Source: an uncultured virus (IMG/VR IMGVR_UViG_3300033075_000216)
Taxonomy: Duplodnaviria > Heunggongvirae > Uroviricota > Caudoviricetes
Length of the DNA: 20,000 nt
Reading direction: 5' to 3' (one strand)
Virus record (IMG/VR): IMGVR_UViG_3300033075_000216
Made by a program: the position numbers and the translations under genes. The notes under the pieces are model-generated. The model saw only the letters and a program-made list of their open reading frames with translations, was not told the origin of the DNA and made no database searches. Shown piece by piece: positions 7,745-14,207 of this stretch (its first letter is position 1; every line of letters begins with the position of its first letter).

Positions 7745-8355
7745 CACTAGCAATACTTAATATAATAAATATCGTAACAATGATTTCATGGATGACGGAG
7801 CCGCAAGACACTGTCATCCATTTTTCTTTGGAGAAGATGCAACACACAACAAGATCTAAGATAAATAACTCTATCGTACGTTTGTATGTTGGTAATCAGT
7901 TTATATGTACAGGCACCGTAATAGCAGATAACTATGTATTAACAGCCGCACATTGTGTGACCGAGGATATAAGAATAAACGTGGTGTCAGACGACGGTTT
8001 ATTTAACATTCAAGGCTGGGTTGCTGTAGAGATACATCATAAAGATGTTGCTTTAATATACGCAGACGTAAGCATGTTTAAATCTATGAACGTTAGCTGG
8101 GACTCCTTTAACAAGGACAGTGTGTTTACAACTTGTGGATACCCTGGCGGACAGAATAAACTATACTGTAATGAGTTTATATTTGACAGAAATCGTTATT
8201 TCAAGTATCTTGGAAGATGTCTATTACACCGAGGTATGAGCGGCGGACCTGTATTTGATGAAAATAAGAACATTGTTGGAGTTAACTCTGCAGTGTCGTT
8301 TTCAGGATGTCTTATAGGACCTGTTATCGGTGTTAAAGAAGGTTTGGGGATATAA
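7714..8355 (+). CDS. Trypsin-like (S1) serine protease with N-terminal hydrophobic segment
   Basis: CTGTVI, VLTAAHC, DVALI, GYP, GMSGGP and IVGV motifs. The start codon is uncertain. Confidence 0.9.
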   Translation: MGRLKTAAILALAILNIINIVTMISWMTEPQDTVIHFSLEKMQHTTRSKINNSIVRLYVGNQFICTGTVIADNYVLTAAHCVTEDIRINVVSDDGLFNIQGWVAVEIHHKDVALIYADVSMFKSMNVSWDSFNKDSVFTTCGYPGGQNKLYCNEFIFDRNRYFKYLGRCLLHRGMSGGPVFDENKNIVGVNSAVSFSGCLIGPVIGVKEGLGI

Positions 8356-8356
8356 T

Positions 8357-8629
8357 ATGTTAGAAAAACTAAAGAACTATATTATTGGAATAGTAAGTGT
8401 TGTGGCTGGAGTGTTGGCTGTATTGTTTGCTATGGAAAAACGTAAACGACAAAAGGTGGAAATTGAAAACCTTGGAAAAGATTTAGATGTTAAGGACGCA
8501 ACTCTTAAAGAGAAACAAGCTCAGGCAGAACAGAACAAGGCTGAAACAAAAGACAAGCTTAATTCGCTACCAAAACCGTCAGCAGGCGATTTAACACCAG
8601 ATGAAGTGAAGAAGTATTGGAATAAATAA
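8357..8629 (+). CDS. Single-TM coiled-coil protein (i-spanin-like topology)
   Basis: Start reassigned to ATG 8357. TM segment IIGIVSVVAGVLAVLFAM followed by a charged coiled coil. Confidence 0.6.
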   Translation: MLEKLKNYIIGIVSVVAGVLAVLFAMEKRKRQKVEIENLGKDLDVKDATLKEKQAQAEQNKAETKDKLNSLPKPSAGDLTPDEVKKYWNK

Positions 8630-8646
8630 AAGAGAGGAATAAATAT

Positions 8647-9102
8647 ATGAATAGAAATTATAAACTAACAAAAGAGTGTATAAAAGTGGCAGGTAGAAAA
8701 CTTTATAGAATACAAGCAAACATAGACATGCCGCAGAATTACGTGAAAGCAGGGGATCTTGGCGGGTTTGTGGAGTCTTATGAAAACCTGTCAGGAAATG
8801 CGTGGGTTGGTGGAGATGCGAAGGTTTTTGGAAATGCACGGGTTTATGGAAATGCTTATATAGCCGATAATGCAAAAGTATTGGGTAATGCCATGGTGCA
8901 CGATTCCGCGGTCGTATGGGGAGACGCGCAGATTTCTGGAAACGCTCATATCTACGGAAAAGCTCGCGTAGCTGGAAAAACAATAGTATCTGATAATGCA
9001 AAAATTTATGATCAAGCTTATATATACGGCGAAGTTGAGATAAAACAAAAAGCACAGATTTTTGGAAAATCTGTACTATATGGTAAGGCAAAGGTTTATT
9101 GA
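8647..9102 (+). CDS. Hexapeptide-repeat left-handed beta-helix protein, copy 4 (C-terminally truncated/split)
   Basis: Same N-terminus and repeats as the other copies, but it stops right after the repeats. RBS gagg. Confidence 0.82.
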   Translation: MNRNYKLTKECIKVAGRKLYRIQANIDMPQNYVKAGDLGGFVESYENLSGNAWVGGDAKVFGNARVYGNAYIADNAKVLGNAMVHDSAVVWGDAQISGNAHIYGKARVAGKTIVSDNAKIYDQAYIYGEVEIKQKAQIFGKSVLYGKAKVY

Positions 9103-9103
9103 A

Positions 9104-9223
9104 ATGACAAAAACACATAAACAAATGCAAAAATTAATTTCAAATAAAGTAAAACAATTAAAAATTCCAGGGACAGTATTGACTGCATATAAAAATATGC
9201 TAGCTGTTTGTAAACAGGTTTAA
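9104..9223 (+). pseudogene. Detached C-terminal fragment of beta-helix copy 4 (39-aa ORF)
   Basis: Not in the ORF track. MTKTHKQMQKLISNKVKQLKIPGTVLTAYKNMLAVCKQV aligns with KTLTHKQWLKITKK...IGIPEDLLNVYKSTLKV of copy 3. It is in the +1 frame relative to copy 4. Confidence 0.65.
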
Positions 9224-9227
9224 TATC

Positions 9228-9380
9228 ATGTTGAAATCGCTACTAGTTTTTATACCAGTTAATTTGTTAGTGTTGTTGGTGTCTATGACAAACTCATTAA
9301 TGCCGTTAGAAACTGTAATGCTTTCGTTCTTGGCGAATATTGTTGTTATTGGCTGGGCAACAGGACGAGAAGGTAAATGA
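9228..9380 (+). CDS. Small two-TM membrane protein (50 aa)
   Basis: Not in the ORF track. MLKSLLVFIPVNLLVLLVSMTNSLMPLETVMLSFLANIVVIGWATGREGK. Its stop overlaps the next start as ATGA. Confidence 0.6.
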   Translation: MLKSLLVFIPVNLLVLLVSMTNSLMPLETVMLSFLANIVVIGWATGREGK

Positions 9381-10144
9381 TAAGCGTACAAGGTTTTAAA
9401 ATACAAACCACAAGCTTTCCAGACAACACGAGCCAAGTATGGAATTTACCAGAAAATTTGTTAAAAAACAAACATCTTGATATTGAGTGGAAGTTTGAAA
9501 ATGAGGCTGAGTTTATACACCTAGCACAATTACAAACATTGCTACATTCTTTAGATATTAAAACCTCACTAAACCTTCCGTATTTACCTTACGCAAGACA
9601 AGATAAGGGTGTAAGTAATAAAAACACCTTTGCATTAACTACGTTTGCAAAGATGTTAAATTCTTTAAATTTTACACAAGTTAAGTGTCTAGATGTACAT
9701 AGTGAAACGGCTAATCGCCTTATTCAAAATTTAGAAGTAACTTATCCAAATGACATGCTTTCTATTGCTTTAAAATACTGTAATTCTAATGTCATATGTT
9801 ATCCAGACAAAGGTGCAGCCCAAAAATATTCAAAATTAATAGATACAGCTTATACAAGTCTTCCTTGTGTTTACGGAGATAAAATAAGAAATCAAGCTTC
9901 CGGTCAGATAACAAGCTATGCATTATCAGGCAATGTTGTTGGAAGTAACGTAATGATTGTAGATGATATAATCGACGGAGGAGCTACGTTTATAAAACTA
10001 GCCGAGATATTGTATGAAAACGGAGCGAAGAATGTTGGTTTATTTGCTACTCACGGCATATTCTCTAGAGGTAGAAAAGTATTGCGAGATGCTCATATAA
10101 ATGATATATTTGTAGCTAATGATTTAAGTAAGGAGGATTTGTGA
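9377..10144 (+). CDS. prs: Ribose-phosphate pyrophosphokinase-like protein; probable NARP1 ADPR-PP synthetase (Adps)
   Basis: FPD, LPYLPYARQDK, LDVHS, YPDKGA, IVDDIIDGGATF and ATHGIFS motifs. Coupled to the NAMPT-like gene. Confidence 0.9.
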   Translation: MISVQGFKIQTTSFPDNTSQVWNLPENLLKNKHLDIEWKFENEAEFIHLAQLQTLLHSLDIKTSLNLPYLPYARQDKGVSNKNTFALTTFAKMLNSLNFTQVKCLDVHSETANRLIQNLEVTYPNDMLSIALKYCNSNVICYPDKGAAQKYSKLIDTAYTSLPCVYGDKIRNQASGQITSYALSGNVVGSNVMIVDDIIDGGATFIKLAEILYENGAKNVGLFATHGIFSRGRKVLRDAHINDIFVANDLSKEDL

Positions 10145-11598
10145 AATTTTTATCACCAATGCTTCTATGTGACTTTTATAAAATATCACACAGAGGACTT
10201 TACCCAGAAGGTATGAAAAAATGCTATTCTACTTGGACACCGAGAACGAGTAGACTAAAGGGCGTAGATAAAGTAGTAGCGTTTGGATTCCAGTCTTTTA
10301 TTCAAAATTATCTTGTTGATTTTTTTAACGAACATTTCTTCAATAGGCCGTTAGAAGAAATAACCTATGAATATGAAAGAGTGTTAAAATACTGCTTAGG
10401 AGAGCAGCGAGTAGACACAAAGCATATTGAAGAGTTACATAATCTAGGCTACTTACCAATATTAATAAAAGCTGTTCCGGAAGGTTTAAGGGTTCCTTTA
10501 AGAACGCCAATATTAACTATAGAAAATACAGATGATAGGTTTTTTTGGCTAACAAATTATATTGAAACTTTGGCTTCTTGTGAACTATGGCAGGCTTGTA
10601 CTAGCGCCACTATAGCCTATGAATATAGACAAATTTTAGATAAAGCTGCAATGGAAACTGTTGGTAATACTGATTTTGTACAATTCCAAGGTCATGATTT
10701 TTCTATGAGAGGAATGTCTTCTTTGCAATCAGCAGTTAGTAGTGGAATGGGACACCTTACTTCTTTTGTAGGAACAGATACTATACCAGCAATTCAGGCA
10801 TTAGAGCATCACTACGATGCTAATATAACAAAAGAGCTGGTCGGTACTTCTATATCAGCAACAGAGCATAGCATACAATGTGCTTATGGAGATGATTTAG
10901 TGTATTTCAACGCAATGCTAAGTAGACCTGGTATGATTTCGGTCGTATCCGATGGTTATGATTTTTGGAATGTTATAGAAAACATACTACCGACATTAAA
11001 AAACAATATAATGCAACGTGAAGGTAAGTTGGTAATTAGACCAGACAGCGGAGATCCTGTTAAAATCGTTTGCGGAGATCCTGATGGTAAGACTGAAATT
11101 GAAAGAAAAGGCGCGGTGGAAGCTTTATGGGATATTTTTGGCGGATCTGTAACAGAAAAAGGCTATAAACTTTTAGATAGTCACATAGGACTAATTTATG
11201 GTGATGCGATTACACTACAAAGAGCAGAAGAAATCACACAAAAACTAAAACAAAAAGGGTTTGCTTCTATTAACATAGTGTTTGGAATTGGTTCGTACAC
11301 CTATCAATATAATACAAGAGACACGTTTGGATTTGCTTTAAAAAGCACCTCCTGTACAATTGGAGATACAGAAAAACAAATATTTAAAAACCCTAAGACA
11401 GATGACGGAACAAAAAAGTCACAAAAGGGAAGAGTGGCTGTTTTTCAAAGAGATAATGAGGATGTTGAATTTATGGACGGTTTAGACTCAACTGTAATGC
11501 CCAGCAACAACATACTTAAACCTATATTTAAAAATGGAAAAATTTCAATAAAAACATCGCTAAATGAAATTAGACTTAGATTAAGAGAGAGTAAATAA
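10141..11598 (+). CDS. nadV: Nicotinamide phosphoribosyltransferase-like protein; probable NARP1 nicotinamide ADPR-transferase (Namat)
   Basis: DFYKISH...YP, HDFSMRG, GTDT, ATEHS, SVVSDGYD, IRPDSGDP, IYGDAIT, RDTFGFALK and KNPKTDDGTKKSQKG motifs. GTGA overlap and RBS aaggagg. Confidence 0.95.
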   Translation: MKFLSPMLLCDFYKISHRGLYPEGMKKCYSTWTPRTSRLKGVDKVVAFGFQSFIQNYLVDFFNEHFFNRPLEEITYEYERVLKYCLGEQRVDTKHIEELHNLGYLPILIKAVPEGLRVPLRTPILTIENTDDRFFWLTNYIETLASCELWQACTSATIAYEYRQILDKAAMETVGNTDFVQFQGHDFSMRGMSSLQSAVSSGMGHLTSFVGTDTIPAIQALEHHYDANITKELVGTSISATEHSIQCAYGDDLVYFNAMLSRPGMISVVSDGYDFWNVIENILPTLKNNIMQREGKLVIRPDSGDPVKIVCGDPDGKTEIERKGAVEALWDIFGGSVTEKGYKLLDSHIGLIYGDAITLQRAEEITQKLKQKGFASINIVFGIGSYTYQYNTRDTFGFALKSTSCTIGDTEKQIFKNPKTDDGTKKSQKGRVAVFQRDNEDVEFMDGLDSTVMPSNNILKPIFKNGKISIKTSLNEIRLRLRESK

Positions 11599-11599
11599 C

Positions 11600-11968
11600 A
11601 TGAAACAAAAAAATATGAATGACGATATTCAACTCGTACTTTACCCCGAGCGTTTACAAGATCCAAAAGTTATAGCGGACCAGCTACTCAAAATACAATG
11701 GTATATATACGAAATATTACAAGACATAAGAAGAAAACCAAATGATTATTTACCAGAAAATTCAAGAAATATATCGATAGAAATTTTAAATCAAAAAATA
11801 GCACTACTTAAACAAGAGATTACTTGTCAAAAACATACTCTAAAAAACAACGCAAGATTTTACGATTGTTATAAAAACCGAAGGATTGCTCTTAAAAAAG
11901 AAATTAATGAAAATATAAGAAAGCTTAAAGACTTAAAATTAGATTTGCAATATTTACGAAAAAAGTAG
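11600..11968 (+). CDS. Hypothetical coiled-coil protein
   Basis: Tightly packed ORF, very AT-rich, no motif recognised. Confidence 0.55.
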   Translation: MKQKNMNDDIQLVLYPERLQDPKVIADQLLKIQWYIYEILQDIRRKPNDYLPENSRNISIEILNQKIALLKQEITCQKHTLKNNARFYDCYKNRRIALKKEINENIRKLKDLKLDLQYLRKK

Positions 11969-11973
11969 GTAGT

Positions 11974-12243
11974 ATGAAAGTGCAAGTAACCTTTAATTTA
12001 GAAGATGAGCAGCAAGCAGAGGCTTTAAAAGACCTCGTAAATAAGAACGCCTTCTTATACAAAGACGGTTTGTGGAACGTATTCCAAACTATTCGCAAGT
12101 ATAGAAAATACGGCTTTGATAATAAGGATATAGCTAAATTACGAGCTGAGAATAAAGATGATATGCAATTCGCTGTAGCTGTAGTAGAATATATTGAGAA
12201 GGAGTGCCTTTCTCATGTTGATTCAATGCCCGACCTGTTCTAG
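11974..12243 (+). CDS. Hypothetical protein
   Basis: RBS aggt. Typical small phage protein (MKVQVTFNLEDE). Confidence 0.7.
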   Translation: MKVQVTFNLEDEQQAEALKDLVNKNAFLYKDGLWNVFQTIRKYRKYGFDNKDIAKLRAENKDDMQFAVAVVEYIEKECLSHVDSMPDLF

Positions 12244-12472
12244 AGTGTATTTAGGGATAACAAGAAGAGAAGCCGAACAACAAGTAATTGCGTTTAATGA
12301 GCATTACTTAGACTTAAAAGAGGCGGCAGATAAGTTATATAAGCATGGCACGATAGATATATCCGAATTTACATTGTGCAAAGTTTGTTCTACCTCGTAT
12401 AAAAACTTCACAACCAGTATAAACAATGAAGCCGTACATACCGCTAATCTTATTCTTTGCGAGGAGATTTAA
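12215..12472 (+). CDS. Hypothetical Zn-ribbon protein
   Basis: Start reassigned to ATG 12215 after RBS aaggag. CPTC and CKVC pairs. Confidence 0.65.
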   Translation: MLIQCPTCSRVYLGITRREAEQQVIAFNEHYLDLKEAADKLYKHGTIDISEFTLCKVCSTSYKNFTTSINNEAVHTANLILCEEI

Positions 12473-12760
12473 ATGAAACTCAATAAAACTTGCTGGAAAG
12501 ATCCTAGAAAGGAAATTCCAGAAGAAGGTCGTATTGTAGCTGTTATAAATAAACATTTTAAACGAGATACTCATTTAAATATTTCTATTCATTTTGGGAT
12601 TGTAGAATATGGGAATGATAGCGTTGTTTATGCAAGTGAAAATGACGAAATGGGAAGTGGCGACATCACATGGCAGATAACTCCAGTAGAATGGCCAAGT
12701 TCTATTTATGCATGGTCATATGCCGAAGAGATAAATATACCTAAATGGAAGCTTAAATAA
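12473..12760 (+). CDS. Hypothetical protein (DUF551-like pattern)
   Basis: W.D....PE.GR.V N-terminus and I.AW..(x)..P C-terminus. RBS gagga. Confidence 0.6.
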   Translation: MKLNKTCWKDPRKEIPEEGRIVAVINKHFKRDTHLNISIHFGIVEYGNDSVVYASENDEMGSGDITWQITPVEWPSSIYAWSYAEEINIPKWKLK

Positions 12761-12769
12761 GAAGGTATA

Positions 12770-12871
12770 ATGAACACTAAACATCTTTTACGAATACTTA
12801 TAATGCTTTTATACATAACCTGTGTACTTATTATTTGGCTTAGTGTATTTGATGTGATAAGATTGATTTAA
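12770..12871 (+). CDS. Small single-TM peptide (33 aa)
   Basis: Not in the ORF track. MNTKHLLRILIMLLYITCVLIIWLSVFDVIRLI. RBS aaggt, and the ORF fills the gap between its neighbours. Confidence 0.5.
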   Translation: MNTKHLLRILIMLLYITCVLIIWLSVFDVIRLI

Positions 12872-12872
12872 T

Positions 12873-13259
12873 ATGAAAAAGTTAATAACTAGTGTCTTGT
12901 TATTATGTCAATTAGCTTCTGCAAGTACAGAATTTACATACCTAGAACAAGGTATGCCAGCCCCATTTCCCGGCTACCTAATAACCGCTAAAAAAGAAAA
13001 AGAGCTTCGTCTATTAAATGAAAACTTTGCTTATTGTGATAAGAGTAGAGAGCTGTTAACCAAGCTTAATACAGACAACGAGAATATACTAAAGATTCAG
13101 TCTGATCGCATTGCTATAAGAGATCAGCAAGTGGATGTTCTTTCACAACGTCTTGTAGAATCTAAAGACGACGGCTTGTTGTCTAAAATTGGTTTCTTTT
13201 TATTAGGAGCGCTTGTCACTACAGGTATTGCTTATGGCGTCTCAAAAACTCTCCGTTAA
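12873..13259 (+). CDS. Exported coiled-coil protein with C-terminal TM (possible spanin-like lysis accessory)
   Basis: Signal peptide (..LASA), G.PAPF.G.L motif, coiled coil and C-terminal IGFFLLGALVTTGIAYGV. Confidence 0.6.
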   Translation: MKKLITSVLLLCQLASASTEFTYLEQGMPAPFPGYLITAKKEKELRLLNENFAYCDKSRELLTKLNTDNENILKIQSDRIAIRDQQVDVLSQRLVESKDDGLLSKIGFFLLGALVTTGIAYGVSKTLR

Positions 13260-13617
13260 ACAACTCCTAGACATTGTAAACGAAGAAAAGAAAAAAGCAG
13301 TCATCCCACAAGATCACCTCACGCACTTTAAGATGTGCTTTGTTCGACGTTGCCGAGTGAGAAGATCCACCAAACTCGTGAGATGGACTGCGTTATATGT
13401 TGTATATAGAAATAATATTACCGGGAGTTATCTATATCCTCAGTATTTTAAAAAGCTTTTAATGCATCATTACAAAGCGTACAAGAAACACGGCTTGTTC
13501 TATTTCAAGCTTCGTGCTAGATATTTAAGAAGGAAGGAACATGAAAAGACGTTTATCAAAAGGTTTAAAGAAGAAAGCAAAGAGAGGGAGCGTCAAATAC
13601 GCTGGATTAGATCCTAG
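13234..13617 (+). CDS. Basic protein, possible stand-alone winged helix resembling the D5/primase C-terminal domain
   Basis: Start reassigned to ATG 13234. Pattern F...C.V......V....LY..Y......F.K.L.......G..Y..L. Confidence 0.5.
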   Translation: MASQKLSVKQLLDIVNEEKKKAVIPQDHLTHFKMCFVRRCRVRRSTKLVRWTALYVVYRNNITGSYLYPQYFKKLLMHHYKAYKKHGLFYFKLRARYLRRKEHEKTFIKRFKEESKERERQIRWIRS

Positions 13618-13972
13618 AGTGAATAGAAGAAATATTCGAGAGTTTCTAGACTTTGACTATCTAGATAAGCTAACAGAAGAAGAAAAAGCTTTCTTAGATG
13701 ATTTTTCTAAAGGTCATTACTCAGCGGACTTTAGAGAAACTAAGATATTTAAGGACGAAGCTGTTCGTAGAAAGATATATAAAACGAACAATGACAGAAA
13801 TGCTGACCTTGTATCTTTTAAAAAATCTATGAACGATGTTTTGCCGATTGTTGAGCTTGCTATAGAAGCTACGTTTGATAATCAGGATGCTTTAAATTAT
13901 GTATTAGACTTGGGTCTTAAGGATTTCAAGAACCGTAAGAACAAACGCCGCAATACCTCCGGCCGCAATTGA
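13541..13972 (+). CDS. Hypothetical protein
   Basis: RBS aagg. Basic N-terminus and a DFDYLDKLTEEEK core. Last gene of the + arm. Confidence 0.75.
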   Translation: MKRRLSKGLKKKAKRGSVKYAGLDPRVNRRNIREFLDFDYLDKLTEEEKAFLDDFSKGHYSADFRETKIFKDEAVRRKIYKTNNDRNADLVSFKKSMNDVLPIVELAIEATFDNQDALNYVLDLGLKDFKNRKNKRRNTSGRN

Positions 13973-14206
13973 TACCTTAACAACAGCATTAATTAAGTAA
14001 ACATGAGTTTCAATATAACCAATGCGTTTTTCTGAAGCAGTTGTGCGTTTTTCGTGTATTTCTAAAGACACCGTATTTCTATCTAAAATCTTATCTAAGC
14101 TAACTAAAGTACTAGTGATGTTATCCACTTTACTTTCTATCTTATCTAATCTTTCGTCTAAAATTTCAAGTTTGTCCTCTAATCTCGGGCCGAGTTTGCG
14201 GTCCAT
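13904..14206 (-). CDS. Coiled-coil protein with C-terminal TM (XhlA/holin-like topology)
   Basis: Heptad repeats followed by a hydrophobic C-terminal segment. RBS gagg. Last gene of the - arm. Confidence 0.65.
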   Translation of the reverse strand: MDRKLGPRLEDKLEILDERLDKIESKVDNITSTLVSLDKILDRNTVSLEIHEKRTTASEKRIGYIETHVYLINAVVKVSIAAGGIAAFVLTVLEILKTQV

Positions 14207-14207
14207 G

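Noticed and set aside
402..9102. Diversity-generating retroelement (TR/VR) explanation for the paralog repeats
   Set aside because: There is no reverse transcriptase in the window, all copies are coding, and the differences are not confined to adenines.
12745..12754. atggaagctt matching the core of the 22-bp repeat at another gene end
   Set aside because: The match is only 10 bp, and AAGCTT is frequent throughout this sequence, so it is likely chance.
8340..12780. Sigma70 promoters at TATAAT (8351, 12766) and TTGACT (9179)
   Set aside because: No matching partner hexamer at 16-18 bp spacing, and such hexamers are expected by chance in AT-rich DNA.
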